This document shows positions 18,793-29,723 of a stretch of DNA of 64,000 bases, in pieces. The notes under the pieces were generated by a model. It was not told where the DNA came from. It made no database searches and was given only the letters and a program-made list of their open reading frames with translations. Position 1 is the stretch's first letter. Each line of letters begins with the position of its first letter. The DNA is from Patescibacteria group bacterium (GTDB taxonomy: Bacteria; Patescibacteriota; Gracilibacteria; Peribacterales; Peribacteraceae): positions 45,202 through 109,201 of the forward strand of contig JALQTW010000003.1 of assembly GCA_023263945.1 (NCBI GenBank). The letters are read 5' to 3'. Position numbers and translations under genes: made by a program.

Positions 18793-19728
18793 ATGGCTGC
18801 TGCCTCCCTTGGTTCCCTCTTCCGCGAAACAAAGAAATCGTTCTTTCTCAGAAGAAATGATTTTCTTGTATTCATCCTCATAGGATCGGTCGTCTTTGGG
18901 GCGTTGTCCGCTGCCATGGACATACGAGAACGCATGTTTCATCAACAGCTGGCACAGAAACTTGGCGTGAGTGAAGAAACAGCCGAAGATCTCTACTCTC
19001 AGCATAAACGAAGTCGTTTTGATGAAAGCAAAAATGATCCCCTTCTTATTGCACTTGAACAAAAAGAAGTGGAGGACCCCAATGCATATCTACAGCAAAA
19101 AGGGAATGAAAAGATGCCTGGCGATTTGCTCGTTGTCTTGATTTCCGTGCTTGTGGGCATCGTGATGGGACCATGGATTTATGGAAGTTACATTCTACTG
19201 GCGCTCAACCGTAAAAAGGGATGGAAAGCCGTTGCTAAGGAAGCATGGAACAAATTCCTCACAATTCTCTGTATTGGTTTTCTGAATGGAATCATTTTCA
19301 TGGGAGCATTTGTCTTGGCAATTGCGTTATTCTTCGTACACCCAGCGTTGGGTGGCCTTGGTTTCATAGCTTGGCTTATTTTCCTTGGCATCCTTGCCCC
19401 ACGACTCAATCTGGCATCTATTGTTGCACTCATTGAAAACAAAGAAGCAATGACTGCATGGAAACTGACGTACAAGGTAACAAAAGGATACTGGTGGAAA
19501 ATTGTCGGCAATGGAATTGTATTCTGCCTTCTCGCTGTTCTTGTTGCCATCGCGGCTGTTATTGTTTTTGGAATCATCAGTGCCGTCTTCTCTGCCATTG
19601 ATCCGCTTTTTGGTATGATTATCCTTGCTTTCTGTATCACGTTTGTACAACAGTGCATCACTGCATGCGGTATCACCTTTGCTACAAAACTGACCGAGAC
19701 CATTCTTGCAAACCCCCGGAAGTCTTAA
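18793..19728 (+). CDS. Multi-pass membrane protein
   Basis: Several TM helices; start at MAAASLG after a pyrimidine tract. Confidence 0.7.
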   Translation: MAAASLGSLFRETKKSFFLRRNDFLVFILIGSVVFGALSAAMDIRERMFHQQLAQKLGVSEETAEDLYSQHKRSRFDESKNDPLLIALEQKEVEDPNAYLQQKGNEKMPGDLLVVLISVLVGIVMGPWIYGSYILLALNRKKGWKAVAKEAWNKFLTILCIGFLNGIIFMGAFVLAIALFFVHPALGGLGFIAWLIFLGILAPRLNLASIVALIENKEAMTAWKLTYKVTKGYWWKIVGNGIVFCLLAVLVAIAAVIVFGIISAVFSAIDPLFGMIILAFCITFVQQCITACGITFATKLTETILANPRKS

Positions 19729-20477
19729 CCTTTCTTTGCAAGTCCTTCCAGCGCCTTCAGTGCTTCAATCGGCACCATCCAAACAGTGGTATTGGACTGA
19801 TCTGAGCTGATATCGTTGATGCTCTGGAGCGTGCGAAGGTGCAACGCACCAGGTGTCTTTGCCAGCATCTCCGCAGCCTTGGAGATGTTTGTTGCAGCAC
19901 CAACCTCGCCTTCCGAACTAATGATGACCGCCTGCTTCTCACGTTCCGCTTCTGCCACTTTCGCGATTGTTCTCTTGAGAGATTCTGGGAGAACAATATC
20001 TTTGAGTTCCACGCTCTGCACATCTACTCCCCATCCATCTGATGTGGCATCAATTTTCTTTTCAATGCCCTCACTGATTTCTTGTTTGTTCGAGAGCAGT
20101 TCATTCAAGCTCACTTCACCAACAGCATTGCGCATCGTGGTTTGAGCCAACTGAGAGACGGCATAGAAGAAATTTTCAACTTCTATGATCGATTTCTCTG
20201 CATCCGAAATACGGTAATAAATCACGGCGTTGATGCGTACAGGAATGTTATCTTTTGTAATCGCTTCTTGATCTGGCACATCAACTGCCTTCACACGTAC
20301 ATCCACTTTTGTCAGTTTCTGGAAGACAGGAATAAGGAAGTGCCACCCCGGCTGCCATGTTTTGGAATACTTTCCCATGGTGAACACAATCCCGCGTTCA
20401 TACTGATTTACCTGACGAATCCACGTGAGGAGAAAAATGATGACCGGAACAACCAAATACCAAAGGAAAGGTGTCAT
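19725..20477 (-). CDS. SPFH/stomatin (band 7) family protein
   Basis: QYERGIVF, AITKDN, QLAQTTMR, WGVDVQSVELKD, AEAERE, ALHLRTLQ. Confidence 0.92.
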   Translation of the reverse strand: MTPFLWYLVVPVIIFLLTWIRQVNQYERGIVFTMGKYSKTWQPGWHFLIPVFQKLTKVDVRVKAVDVPDQEAITKDNIPVRINAVIYYRISDAEKSIIEVENFFYAVSQLAQTTMRNAVGEVSLNELLSNKQEISEGIEKKIDATSDGWGVDVQSVELKDIVLPESLKRTIAKVAEAEREKQAVIISSEGEVGAATNISKAAEMLAKTPGALHLRTLQSINDISSDQSNTTVWMVPIEALKALEGLAKKG

Positions 20478-20505
20478 ACAGAAAGAGGAAAGGAGGACGA
20501 TTGTA

Positions 20506-21237
20506 TCACGCTTTGTGTGTTTCTGCGACCTTGATGATGGTCTTCATTTGCTCGGCTTCTAGCGATGCCGCGCCGATGAGACCACCATCGATGTTGGGTT
20601 GATACAGAAGTTCTTCCGCGTTAGCTGCTTTGAGCGAGCCTCCGTAGAGGATACGCGTTGATCCTTGTCGATCCGACGGAAGAAGCGAACGGATGAACGC
20701 ATGGGTCTCTTCTGCTTGTTCTGCGCTCATTGCCTTTTTAGATGCATCGCCACCACTAATGGCCCACACCGGTTCATACGCAATCGTGATGTCAGATTCC
20801 AAGGGAAGTCCTGAAAGCTGTTTTTTGATGACTGCTTCCTGTTTCTTCGCATGATGTTCCTCCGCCGTTTCACCAAGACAGACAATGGGATGAATTCCCG
20901 CTTCCAATGCGGCAATGACTTGTGCAGCAATCATCTCATCGGTTTCTCCATGTTTTTGGCGGCGATCCGAATGCCCACAAAGAACGTACCGGCATCCCGC
21001 GCCTTTGATCATCGCGATGGAGATATCTCCCGTAAATGCGCCGGATTTCTCTGCCCGTCCACATTGAGCTCCTGTGATGAGCCTGGCATCCAGACAGGCT
21101 TTGATATCCAGGAATGATGGGAAGACGATCACGTCGATATCCGCACGTTCACGGTACGGATTCTCTGAACCATGATCCAACGCCTCCTTGGGAGGAGGAT
21201 TCATTTTCCAGTTGCAGGCGATCAATGGGCGACGCAT
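20506..21237 (-). CDS. tpiA: Triosephosphate isomerase
   Basis: NWKMN, GAFTGDIS, GHSDRR, AYEPVWAI, ILYGGS, DGGLIGAASL. Confidence 0.95.
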   Translation of the reverse strand: MRRPLIACNWKMNPPPKEALDHGSENPYRERADIDVIVFPSFLDIKACLDARLITGAQCGRAEKSGAFTGDISIAMIKGAGCRYVLCGHSDRRQKHGETDEMIAAQVIAALEAGIHPIVCLGETAEEHHAKKQEAVIKKQLSGLPLESDITIAYEPVWAISGGDASKKAMSAEQAEETHAFIRSLLPSDRQGSTRILYGGSLKAANAEELLYQPNIDGGLIGAASLEAEQMKTIIKVAETHKA

Positions 21238-21291
21238 AGGCCAAGATTACAGAAAAAAAATCGAAAGACGAAGGAATAATTGCACAGGACC

Positions 21292-21336
21292 GCAGCTGCG
21301 ATGCCTCATCGCAGCACAGCGATCGAAGATCGCTGT
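21292..21336 (+). repeat. Double-hairpin REP-like element (relative at 40164..40209)
   Basis: gctgcgatg-cct-catcgcagc followed by acagcgatc-gaa-gatcgctgt. Confidence 0.7.
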
Positions 21337-21381
21337 TAAACCAATAAACGAACGAACCACTTCTCATGTACACTATGTGCG

Positions 21382-21825
21382 ATGAATACCTCCCGCATAG
21401 TCCTCGGCACAGACCACGCAGGCTTTACGCTGAAAGAAGCTGTAAAGAAATATCTAGAGGGAAAGAAGATTGATGTTGTTGATGTTGGAACATTTTCTGA
21501 AGATGATACCGATTATCCACCTATAATGGAAAAGGCATGCGCGGCTGTAAAAGAATATGACTGCATGGGCATTATTTTTGGTGGGAGCGGAAATGGCGAA
21601 GCAATGGTTGCCAACAAGTGCCATGGCATTCGCTGTGCCCGCTGTGTGAGCGTGTGGGATGTGGAAATGGCCAGGAAGCATAACGATGCCAATGTAATGA
21701 GCCTTGCTGGTCGTGTGACAGAACCCAAAGACGTTGGACCGATTGTGGATGCTTTCCTGAACACGAAATTCGAAGGCGGGCGACATCAAAAGAGATTAGA
21801 GATGTTCCCCGACTATGAATCATGA
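21382..21825 (+). CDS. rpiB: Ribose-5-phosphate isomerase B
   Basis: GTDHAG, DYP, GGSGNGE, ARKHNDANV, FEGGRH. Confidence 0.95.
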   Translation: MNTSRIVLGTDHAGFTLKEAVKKYLEGKKIDVVDVGTFSEDDTDYPPIMEKACAAVKEYDCMGIIFGGSGNGEAMVANKCHGIRCARCVSVWDVEMARKHNDANVMSLAGRVTEPKDVGPIVDAFLNTKFEGGRHQKRLEMFPDYES

Positions 21826-22451
21826 CGCTCATTGCTCCATCGATTCTCTCCGCTGACCTCACGCATCTTCAAGAGGAGATGGATTCCGTTGCTTCTGCAG
21901 ATTGGGTTCAAGTTGATGTGATGGATGGAAAATTTGTGTCTAACACCAGTTTCCGGCCATCCGTCATGAAAGACATCAAAACGAATCTTGTGATCGATGT
22001 TCATTTGATGGTCATCAATCCTTTTGCCTATATTGATGAATGCATCGATGCGCATGCAAAGAACATCACCTTCCATGCAGAAGCAGTACCACAAACGGTG
22101 GATCGTAAAACGCTCATTGCGCTCATTCGTTCCAAAGGAGCGCAGGCAGGTATTGCTGTGAATCCGGAAACTCACATTCAAGCGATTGATGATGTGATAG
22201 AAGATATCGACCTTGTTCTCATCATGTCCGTCCATCCCGGTGCCGGAGGACAGGCATTCATTCCGGAAGTTCTGGAGAAGGTGAAAGCGGTGAAACAACG
22301 CATTCCTACCCGCCTGGTACAGATTGATGGTGGAGTGAATGCAGAAACCGCAAAGAGATGCCGTGAAGCGGGGGTTGATTGTCTGGTCGCAGGAAGCTAC
22401 ATTTTCTCCTCTCAGGAGAGAACCCAAGCCATTCAATCACTTCGTTCATAA
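21822..22451 (+). CDS. rpe: Ribulose-phosphate 3-epimerase
   Basis: IAPSILSAD, DVMDG, DVHLM, MSVHPG, IDGG, VAGS. Confidence 0.95.
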   Translation: MTLIAPSILSADLTHLQEEMDSVASADWVQVDVMDGKFVSNTSFRPSVMKDIKTNLVIDVHLMVINPFAYIDECIDAHAKNITFHAEAVPQTVDRKTLIALIRSKGAQAGIAVNPETHIQAIDDVIEDIDLVLIMSVHPGAGGQAFIPEVLEKVKAVKQRIPTRLVQIDGGVNAETAKRCREAGVDCLVAGSYIFSSQERTQAIQSLRS

Positions 22452-22915
22452 TGAAGAAATTGTCTCTCATTGCGCTCTCTTCTCTTCTCCTTGCAAGCTG
22501 CATGGGGAACCGTTCCAGATCCATCACGGTCATATCTCCAGATGGTTCCCGAACGGTGACTTTGCAAGTAGAAGTGGCAGATACGCCAACCGCACGCGCA
22601 CGCGGCCTCATGGAACGTCGGAATCTGCCGGAAAATGAAGGAATGCTCTTTGCGTTTCCTAAGGCAGAAGTGCAGAGATTTTGGATGCAGAACACCTTGA
22701 TTCCACTGGACATCGTCTATTTCTCCGAAGACGGAACATTCATCAATACCTTCACGATGGAGCCATGTACGGAAGATCCTTGCCCCAACTATGCATCAGC
22801 GGAACCTGCCATGTACGCACTGGAAGTAAATAAAGGTTTCCGCGAAGACTATGGCATCGGAACAGGATGGAAATTGGATATCAAACAGGTGAAGAAATTT
22901 GTCCGGCCGGAATAA
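22451..22915 (+). CDS. DUF192-family lipoprotein
   Basis: Lipobox LLASC; EVADTP..RARGLM, GMLF, FWMQNTLIPLDI, YALEVN.G. Confidence 0.88.
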   Translation: MKKLSLIALSSLLLASCMGNRSRSITVISPDGSRTVTLQVEVADTPTARARGLMERRNLPENEGMLFAFPKAEVQRFWMQNTLIPLDIVYFSEDGTFINTFTMEPCTEDPCPNYASAEPAMYALEVNKGFREDYGIGTGWKLDIKQVKKFVRPE

Positions 22916-23009
22916 TTAATAATAGATATGGACCGCGGGAATGTATTCCCGCTCTGTTTTGAAACATGACAAAACCAGAGCGCAAATACTTTTGCGCGGG
23001 TCCATTTTC

Positions 23010-23978
23010 TCAATTATCCATTTTCCATTTTTGCAAATTTTTCTTAATCCTCCCAATCACATCAATATCCTTCGGTATTACAAAGCTCTCCCCTGTCATC
23101 CTTTCATAGAGATCGATGTACTTTGCCGCGAGCATCAAACGGACATCATCGGTAATTTCCGGTCTCTTTCCACCATACTCAAAACCCTGCTCCCGGAGCC
23201 ACAGACGGAAGAATTCTTTATCCAAACTTTCCGGCTCCTCTCCTTTCAGGAACTTATTCGCATACGTGGATGCAATCCAGTACCGTGACGAATCCGGCGT
23301 GTGCACTTCATCAGCCAGGATCAATCTTCCTTCTTCGTCGTAGCCCATTTCATATTTTGTATCGACCAAAATGAGACCATGTTCTGCGGCGATATTTTGT
23401 CCGTGATGGAATACTTCGAGTGCTTTTTCGCAAATTTCTTCCCACTGCTTCTCCGTTGCGAATCCTTTCGCGATGATTTCCGCACGATCGATGAGTTCAT
23501 CATCTTCTCCTTTTGTTGTGGGGGTGATGATGGGAGCTGCAAAGGGCTGGTTCTTCACCATACCGTCTGGGAGATCATTCCCGCAGAAATGGCGAACACC
23601 TTTGTTGTAATTCACCCATGCGGATGTGCCGGTGGATCCTGTGAGGTAGGCGCGGACAACAATTTCGATGCGAAGCATGGAGAGCTTCTGCACAACCATC
23701 ACATTGGCGTCTGGAACAGCGATGACATGCGTTGGCATGATGTGCTTCACCTGTTCAAACCACCATGCGGAAAGCTGGCTTAAGACCTGCCCTTTGAGGG
23801 GTATAGTCGTCCAGTTGATGTCGAACGCAGACTGCCGATCGGTTGCGATAAGGAGACTCTTGTCCTTCTGCGAATACACGTCGCGCACTTTTCCTTGATA
23901 GCGCTCGCCAAGATTTGTGAAATGCGTCGCATCGAGGGTTGTTGTCAGGAAGGGGCGGAGGGTGTCGAGAGAGATCAT
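23010..23978 (-). CDS. purC: SAICAR synthetase
   Basis: GKVRDVY, TDRQSAFD, PTTKG, LVDTKYEMG, DEVHTPDSSRYW, DKE. Confidence 0.95.
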   Translation of the reverse strand: MISLDTLRPFLTTTLDATHFTNLGERYQGKVRDVYSQKDKSLLIATDRQSAFDINWTTIPLKGQVLSQLSAWWFEQVKHIMPTHVIAVPDANVMVVQKLSMLRIEIVVRAYLTGSTGTSAWVNYNKGVRHFCGNDLPDGMVKNQPFAAPIITPTTKGEDDELIDRAEIIAKGFATEKQWEEICEKALEVFHHGQNIAAEHGLILVDTKYEMGYDEEGRLILADEVHTPDSSRYWIASTYANKFLKGEEPESLDKEFFRLWLREQGFEYGGKRPEITDDVRLMLAAKYIDLYERMTGESFVIPKDIDVIGRIKKNLQKWKMDN

Positions 23979-23997
23979 GGAGGGAGCATAGCATGAA

Positions 23998-24126
23998 GTT
24001 ATTGGTTGTTGGTTGTTAGTTCTTGGTTGTGGAAACAATTGATAACAAGAAAGGTTTTCCTATAAAGAAGGCATCAAGGCACTGACCGACCTGTCACTAA
24101 AAACCAAAAACTAATAACCAATAACT
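23998..24126. repeat. Heptamer tandem repeats, inverted pair
   Basis: gttattggttgttggttgttagttcttggttg...aaaaaccaaaaactaataaccaataac. Confidence 0.7.
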
Positions 24127-24178
24127 TCTTCCCCCTTCCTCTGGAAATTCTTCTTCAAATCTCGTACACTATCTCCCC

Positions 24179-26053
24179 ATGGCCCCCGCTCTTCCTCCGA
24201 ACCGCAGACAGAACAGGCTCTTCACCATTTTTCTGGTGGGTCTTCTTGTTTTAAGTTCCCTCTATTACATGATGGAACCTGGAGTGAACGATGAAAAGTC
24301 TTTTGCAAGTGCGAAGGAAGTTCCTATCAGCGCCATCACACAGGGATATGTGGCGAAGGACTATACGGAAATCACCATTCGTGGGAACGATGTCTATGCA
24401 AAGGTTGAATCGGGCTCATACGTGCATGCCTATAAGGAAGCCGCCGTCACAGCCAGTGATTTGGGATGGAATGACCCGAAGAACCCCACTGTTGTGAAGG
24501 TGGATAACATTGAACTCAATAACTTCTTCAAAGCGCACATTGGAGATGTCCTCTTCTTCATTTTGATGATTGTGGGAATCATGTGGGTGTTTCGTTCCAT
24601 TGCGCGGAGCCAGAATAGCGCCTTCTCGTTTGGAAAATCGCGTGCACGCATTGCAGACGCCAAGCAGGTGAAGACCACCTTCAAAGATGTTGCAGGATGC
24701 GAAGAGGCAAAGCACGATCTGGAAGAGATTGTGGATTTCCTGAAGAGTCCAAAAAAATATAGTGTGATTGGTGCCAAGATTCCCCGTGGCGCTCTCTTAA
24801 TTGGCGCTCCAGGAACAGGAAAAACACTCCTCGCACGTGCCGTTGCAGGAGAAGCCGGTGTTCCGTTCTTTTCGATCTCTGGTTCGGAGTTCGTGGAGAT
24901 GTTCGTGGGTGTGGGAGCAAGTCGCGTGCGCGATCTCTTCGCGAAAGCAAAGCGCAACGCGCCGTGCATCATCTTCATTGATGAAATTGATGCCGTGGGT
25001 CGTCAGCGTGGTGGTGCGGGCTTTGGTGGCGGACACGATGAACGCGAACAAACGCTTAACCAAATTCTGACCGAGATGGATGGCTTCGAGAAAGACACGA
25101 ACGTTATTGTCATGGCCGCAACCAACCGGCCGGATGTTCTGGACTCTGCTCTTCTTCGCCCGGGTCGCTTTGACAGGCGTGTATTCATCGATAAACCGGA
25201 CCTCATTGCCCGTGAAGAAATTTTGAAAGTCCATGCGCGGAACAAGAAAATGGGAACAGGGATTGATCTCAGCTCCATTGCAAAGCAAACCGTAGGACTT
25301 GCCGGTGCGGATCTGGAAAACATTATGAATGAGGCAGCCATCTTTGCGGCAAAGCGTGCGAAAAAGAAAATCACACAGATTGATATTGTGGATGCTGTTG
25401 AAAAAGTGACCATCGGTGCAGAGAAGAAGTCTCGCAAGCTCACGGAAAAAGAGAAGAAGATCACGGCATACCATGAACTGGGACATGCTGTGGTAGGACA
25501 TTTGTGCAAAGAGTCCGATCCTCTTCACAAAATTTCCATTGTGTCGCGTGGAGCAGCGCTGGGCGTCACGTGGTTCCTGCCCAAAGAAGATCAATATACG
25601 ACGAGCAAGACAAAGTTCCTGGATGAAATCTGCGGGCTTCTTGGTGGACGCGCAGCAGAGGAAATTGTGTTTGATGAGATTACGACCGGAGCAAGTAATG
25701 ATATTGAACGTGCTTCCGATATCGCCCGTGGCATGGCCATGCGCTACGGCATGGCAGAAGAGCTTGGCATGGTCGCTTACGGCGAAAAGCAGGGCTCTCT
25801 CTTCTTGGGGGTGGATCCTTCTCTGGCACGCAATTACTCCGAAGACATGGCGCAGAAAATTGATGAATATGTGAAGCGCATCATCGCGGAGCAGTATGAA
25901 CGCGCAAAAGAATTCATCATGCAGTACCGCGAGAAGCTAGACACACTTGCCGTCATGCTCTTAAAGCAGGAAACGATGAGTGTTGAGGAATTCACGGAAG
26001 TCTTGGATGGCAAGGCCCTGAGTCCCATGGAGGAGAAGGCGGCGAAGGAATAA
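24179..26053 (+). CDS. ftsH: ATP-dependent zinc metalloprotease FtsH
   Basis: Two [33 protein letters not shown]. Confidence 0.97.
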   Translation: MAPALPPNRRQNRLFTIFLVGLLVLSSLYYMMEPGVNDEKSFASAKEVPISAITQGYVAKDYTEITIRGNDVYAKVESGSYVHAYKEAAVTASDLGWNDPKNPTVVKVDNIELNNFFKAHIGDVLFFILMIVGIMWVFRSIARSQNSAFSFGKSRARIADAKQVKTTFKDVAGCEEAKHDLEEIVDFLKSPKKYSVIGAKIPRGALLIGAPGTGKTLLARAVAGEAGVPFFSISGSEFVEMFVGVGASRVRDLFAKAKRNAPCIIFIDEIDAVGRQRGGAGFGGGHDEREQTLNQILTEMDGFEKDTNVIVMAATNRPDVLDSALLRPGRFDRRVFIDKPDLIAREEILKVHARNKKMGTGIDLSSIAKQTVGLAGADLENIMNEAAIFAAKRAKKKITQIDIVDAVEKVTIGAEKKSRKLTEKEKKITAYHELGHAVVGHLCKESDPLHKISIVSRGAALGVTWFLPKEDQYTTSKTKFLDEICGLLGGRAAEEIVFDEITTGASNDIERASDIARGMAMRYGMAEELGMVAYGEKQGSLFLGVDPSLARNYSEDMAQKIDEYVKRIIAEQYERAKEFIMQYREKLDTLAVMLLKQETMSVEEFTEVLDGKALSPMEEKAAKE

Positions 26054-26058
26054 AGACG

Positions 26059-26125
26059 AGGTTTTAGGTGCCAGGTTTTAGGTGTTAGAAATTTTGCTAT
26101 AACCTAACACCTAAAACCTAATACC
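26059..26125. repeat. Heptamer tandem repeats, inverted pair (possible terminator)
   Basis: aggttttaggtgccaggttttaggtgttag...taacctaacacctaaaacctaatacc. Confidence 0.75.
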
Positions 26126-26171
26126 TTCTGGCCTACATTCTTCTCTCGACCAAATCTGCTACACTCAAGCT

Positions 26172-27482
26172 ATGCACTCCCTCTCCCCGCTTGATGGCCG
26201 CTATGCAAAGCAAATGGACAGCTTGCGGCCGTTTTTCTCCGAAGAAGCCCTCATGCGAGCACGCATTTACATCGAAATCAGCTACTTTGCAGCCCTTGCC
26301 GATGAAAAGGGCATTCGGGAACTGAAAAGCCTGACACGAAAACAAAAGGACGCCCTCCAGAATATTGTGGATCGTTTCAATGAAAAGGAGGCTGAGAAGA
26401 TTAAAGCGATTGAGAAGAAGACAAACCACGATGTAAAAGCCATAGAGTATTACCTCAAGGAAAAAATCGAGCGTGTGGCCGGCCTGAAGATGCGCACGGA
26501 ATTCATTCACTTTGGTCTTACGAGTGAAGACATCAATAATCTTGCGTATGGCGTCCTCATTCACGATGCCCTCAAGCGTGTCATTCGGCCTGAAATGACT
26601 GCCTTGATTGCTGTTCTGCGTACCATAGCGAATGCCAACAAGAAACGAAGGATGCTTTCTCTGACGCACGGACAACCCGCAACGCCGACGACTCTTGGGA
26701 AAGAGCTCATGGTGTTTGTGGATCGCCTTGAAAGGCAACGGCAGCAGCTCATGGCCTTCAAAATGCAGGGAAAGTTTGGCGGAGCGGTGGGAACATACAG
26801 TGCACATACGAGCGCCTATCCAGACATCAATTGGATTCTTTTTGGACGGAAATTCATCAAATCTCTTGGCCTTACCCCCCTTGAAAACACCACCCAAATC
26901 AATCCGCATGACGATCTTGCGGAACTTTCGCATAATCTTGTGCGCATCAATACGATTCTACTGGATCTTTCTCGCGATGTGTGGATGTACATTTCTCGCG
27001 GTATCTTTACGCAGAAAGTCATAAAAGGCGAAGTGGGTTCTTCCACGATGCCCCATAAAGTGAATCCTATCGATTTTGAAAATGCGGAAGGAAACCTTGG
27101 TCTCTCCTCCGCACTCTTCTCACACTTTGCAGAGAAGCTTCCTATCAGCAGACTACAACGTGATCTCTCGGATTCCACCGTTCAACGAAATATTGGTGTT
27201 GCCTTCGGCTATCACCTGCTTGCCGTTCTCTCGCTCCAGAAAGGGCTCCAGAAACTTTCCGTAAATGCAAAGATGATGAATGAAGAGTTAGAGATGCATC
27301 CGGAACTTCACGCCGAAGCCATCCAAACCGTTATGCGAAAGTGTGGATACCACGATGCCTATGAAAGGATGAAATCTCTCACGCGGGGAGAGCGAGTGAC
27401 GTTGGAAAAACTTGGGCAGTTTATTGAGAAGCTGGAGATCCCTACAAAAGAGAAGGAGCGGCTGTTGGATTTGATGAAGTGA
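26172..27482 (+). CDS. purB: Adenylosuccinate lyase
   Basis: SPLDGRY, NHDVKAIEY, THGQPATPTTLGKE, GSSTMPHKVNPIDFEN. Confidence 0.97.
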   Translation: MHSLSPLDGRYAKQMDSLRPFFSEEALMRARIYIEISYFAALADEKGIRELKSLTRKQKDALQNIVDRFNEKEAEKIKAIEKKTNHDVKAIEYYLKEKIERVAGLKMRTEFIHFGLTSEDINNLAYGVLIHDALKRVIRPEMTALIAVLRTIANANKKRRMLSLTHGQPATPTTLGKELMVFVDRLERQRQQLMAFKMQGKFGGAVGTYSAHTSAYPDINWILFGRKFIKSLGLTPLENTTQINPHDDLAELSHNLVRINTILLDLSRDVWMYISRGIFTQKVIKGEVGSSTMPHKVNPIDFENAEGNLGLSSALFSHFAEKLPISRLQRDLSDSTVQRNIGVAFGYHLLAVLSLQKGLQKLSVNAKMMNEELEMHPELHAEAIQTVMRKCGYHDAYERMKSLTRGERVTLEKLGQFIEKLEIPTKEKERLLDLMK

Positions 27483-27527
27483 AATGACGTACCTTGAGGC
27501 AAGCCCCCGCGGTTTCCGCTGCGCTGG

Positions 27528-27824
27528 CTAACTTCTGTGCATAATCTTTCCATAAAACCATCCAAGGAAAGATCCTAATGAAAAGAGAACAGCAAACAAG
27601 AAAACAAATACCACTACTGAGATCATCAGCGCTAAAAAGCCATATATAAAAATCCACCAGATCAAATTGCCCATATCATTGCCAGCCGTTTGCGATATAC
27701 CATCCCAACTATCAATGACAAGCAACTTTACGAATCCAAAAAACAAGATACAGGATATGATGGCTGCGCAAGCAATACCTACAAAGCCACCTTTTTTTCG
27801 AGGAGAATAATCTCGAAAACTCAT
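27528..27824 (-). CDS. Small membrane protein
   Basis: 98 aa, hydrophobic, AT-rich, downstream of tRNA-Leu. Confidence 0.55.
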   Translation of the reverse strand: MSFRDYSPRKKGGFVGIACAAIISCILFFGFVKLLVIDSWDGISQTAGNDMGNLIWWIFIYGFLALMISVVVFVFLFAVLFSLGSFLGWFYGKIMHRS

Positions 27825-27892
27825 ACGAATAATTGTACAAGTGTACTAAAAAATTCCACAATATTTTCTGTGACACTCCGCTACGCGAAGTG

Positions 27893-27978
27893 TGGTGCCG
27901 TGGAGAGGACTCGAACCTCCACAGGATTTCTCCCACACGCCCCTCAAGCGTGCGTGTCTACCATTCCACCACCACGGC
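27893..27978 (-). tRNA. tRNA-Leu(GAG)
   Basis: Reverse complement gccgtggtggtggaatggtagacacgcacgcttGAGgggcgtgtgggagaaatcctgtggaggttcgagtcctctccacggcacca; long variable arm, CCA. Confidence 0.95.
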
Positions 27979-28064
27979 ACAGAATAACGCGAATTCGAAA
28001 GGATCAGAGCCTGCAGAGTGTATCAGCGGACACTCAGCCTGAAAAGGTGTACACTCAGGCTTCT

Positions 28065-28868
28065 ATGAAGAACCACCTTCTTCCTCTTTCGGCATTCCTC
28101 AGCGCTTTTTTGCTTGTTTCCTGTACATCAGAATCCGTTAATCCAGACCCCGTTCCCCTGCCTTCTTCAAGCGCCTCGTCAATCTCAAGTACTCCTGTCT
28201 CATCATCGATTCGATCTTCCATCGTTCGTTCTGCTTCTCCTCAAACAGGAACGTTTGATCCCCTTGCATCTGCTCCTGCAGGAAGTGATCTTCCATGGAC
28301 AGCAGACATTGATGTTCCGTTTACTGTACAGGCACCCAATGCAGATTGGTCCTCCACATTTGAGGAAGCATGTGAAGAAGCAGCACTCCTCATGGTGCAG
28401 CATCATCTGGATGGAAATCTGGCATTTACAGCACAAACCGCGCGTGATGAACTATTGGATCTCATCAAATGGGAGAGTGCTAAGGGATATGGAATTGATA
28501 CGACGACAGATGAGACGGCGACCATTGCACGCGATCGCTTTGGTTTGAAAACGAAAGTCTATAAAGGAAGTGATGTAACGATTGAAAATATGAAACGCAT
28601 TCTTGCGGCGGGGTACCCCATTATCATTCCTGCCCAGGGACAAATGCTTGGCAATCCTTATTTCAGCGGAGAAGGCCCTCCGTATCACATGCTTGTGATA
28701 ACGGGATACACGCGGTTTGGTTCGTTCATCACGAATGATCCTGGAACAAAACGCGGGGAGGGGTACACGTACGATCAAGACGTGATTCTGAATGCTATTC
28801 ACGACTGGACGGGTGACAAAGAAACGGTCTCGAGCGGACAGAAAGCCATTCTTGTTCTGAGTAAATGA
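28065..28868 (+). CDS. Lipoprotein with C39-like cysteine peptidase domain
   Basis: Lipobox LLVSC; VPFTVQAP, ACEEAALLM, YHMLVITGY, ITNDPGT. Confidence 0.85.
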   Translation: MKNHLLPLSAFLSAFLLVSCTSESVNPDPVPLPSSSASSISSTPVSSSIRSSIVRSASPQTGTFDPLASAPAGSDLPWTADIDVPFTVQAPNADWSSTFEEACEEAALLMVQHHLDGNLAFTAQTARDELLDLIKWESAKGYGIDTTTDETATIARDRFGLKTKVYKGSDVTIENMKRILAAGYPIIIPAQGQMLGNPYFSGEGPPYHMLVITGYTRFGSFITNDPGTKRGEGYTYDQDVILNAIHDWTGDKETVSSGQKAILVLSK

Positions 28869-29341
28869 AATGCAGTCGAGCTATCACGGGAATCTTCACT
28901 TTGTGCATGTTCACAGCGTGCACGTCTGCACTGCAGCAAGAACCTGTTTCTCTATTCTTTTATAGTGAAGAAGATATCGCATCAGCAAGTGGAAATCCCA
29001 GTGTTCCTGTAGAACGATCCATTGGAGGATCTTCCGACGAAGAACAAATGACCAATGCTATTCGTGCACTCCTGGAAGGACCATCACCAAAAGAAATGGA
29101 GAGAGGTGCACGGACGACCGAAGATCTCCAAAACCTTCTCCCATTCTTTCAGGGAGTGAGAATTGATAGATCTTCTGCACATATTAAATTCGATGGAGAC
29201 GCACTGACGATTCTGAACAGCGCAGCCGCGCGTCAGCAGATGGCAAAAGCTCCTCTTGAAAAAACACTTCTGCAATTTCGGGGAATAGAAAGAGTGGAAT
29301 ACGAAATCGACGGGAAGGTATTTACTGAGTGGGATGCATAA
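28865..29341 (+). CDS. GerMN-domain lipoprotein
   Basis: FTAC lipobox; AIRALLEGPS..E..G; KTLLQF.GIERVEYEIDG. Confidence 0.8.
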   Translation: MKCSRAITGIFTLCMFTACTSALQQEPVSLFFYSEEDIASASGNPSVPVERSIGGSSDEEQMTNAIRALLEGPSPKEMERGARTTEDLQNLLPFFQGVRIDRSSAHIKFDGDALTILNSAAARQQMAKAPLEKTLLQFRGIERVEYEIDGKVFTEWDA

Positions 29342-29368
29342 AAAAAGCCGATCATGATGATCGGCTTC
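29341..29368. terminator. Bidirectional intrinsic terminator
   Basis: aaaaaagccgatcat-g-atgatcggcttct between convergent genes. Confidence 0.7.
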
Positions 29369-29380
29369 TCTCTGAGCATA

Positions 29381-29611
29381 TTATTCATCTATGTCCGGCA
29401 TATCTGGTTCTTCTTCAGGCTCCACCTTATTTTGGAAATCTTCTTCCTCAAGTGTTTCCTCACGTTCACTTCCAATAGGGTCAAATAATTCTCGCACCCT
29501 CTGAGGATTTCTCGCCAAATCTCGAATAATTTTCTTAGGTGATGGATTTTGCCTCATCGCCTCTTCTTGAGGCATATCTGGAGCCGATGGTGTTTCAGCA
29601 ATTTTAGTCAT
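29381..29611 (-). CDS. Small acidic hypothetical protein
   Basis: 76 aa; TATAAT 8 nt upstream of ATG. Confidence 0.6.
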   Translation of the reverse strand: MTKIAETPSAPDMPQEEAMRQNPSPKKIIRDLARNPQRVRELFDPIGSEREETLEEEDFQNKVEPEEEPDMPDIDE

Positions 29612-29723
29612 AGATGAACATTATACGTATTGGTCTACTTATGTCAATGGAAAGGTGAAAACCTTGTATAAGCCTTTAATGCGTCCTTAATTCCCTCTCT
29701 ATAACCTTGGTGTTATTCTTTTT

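Noticed and set aside
27690-28064. N-terminal 125 aa of track ORF 27690..28868
   Set aside because: Overlaps tRNA-Leu; the lipoprotein signal and -10 box point to ATG 28065.
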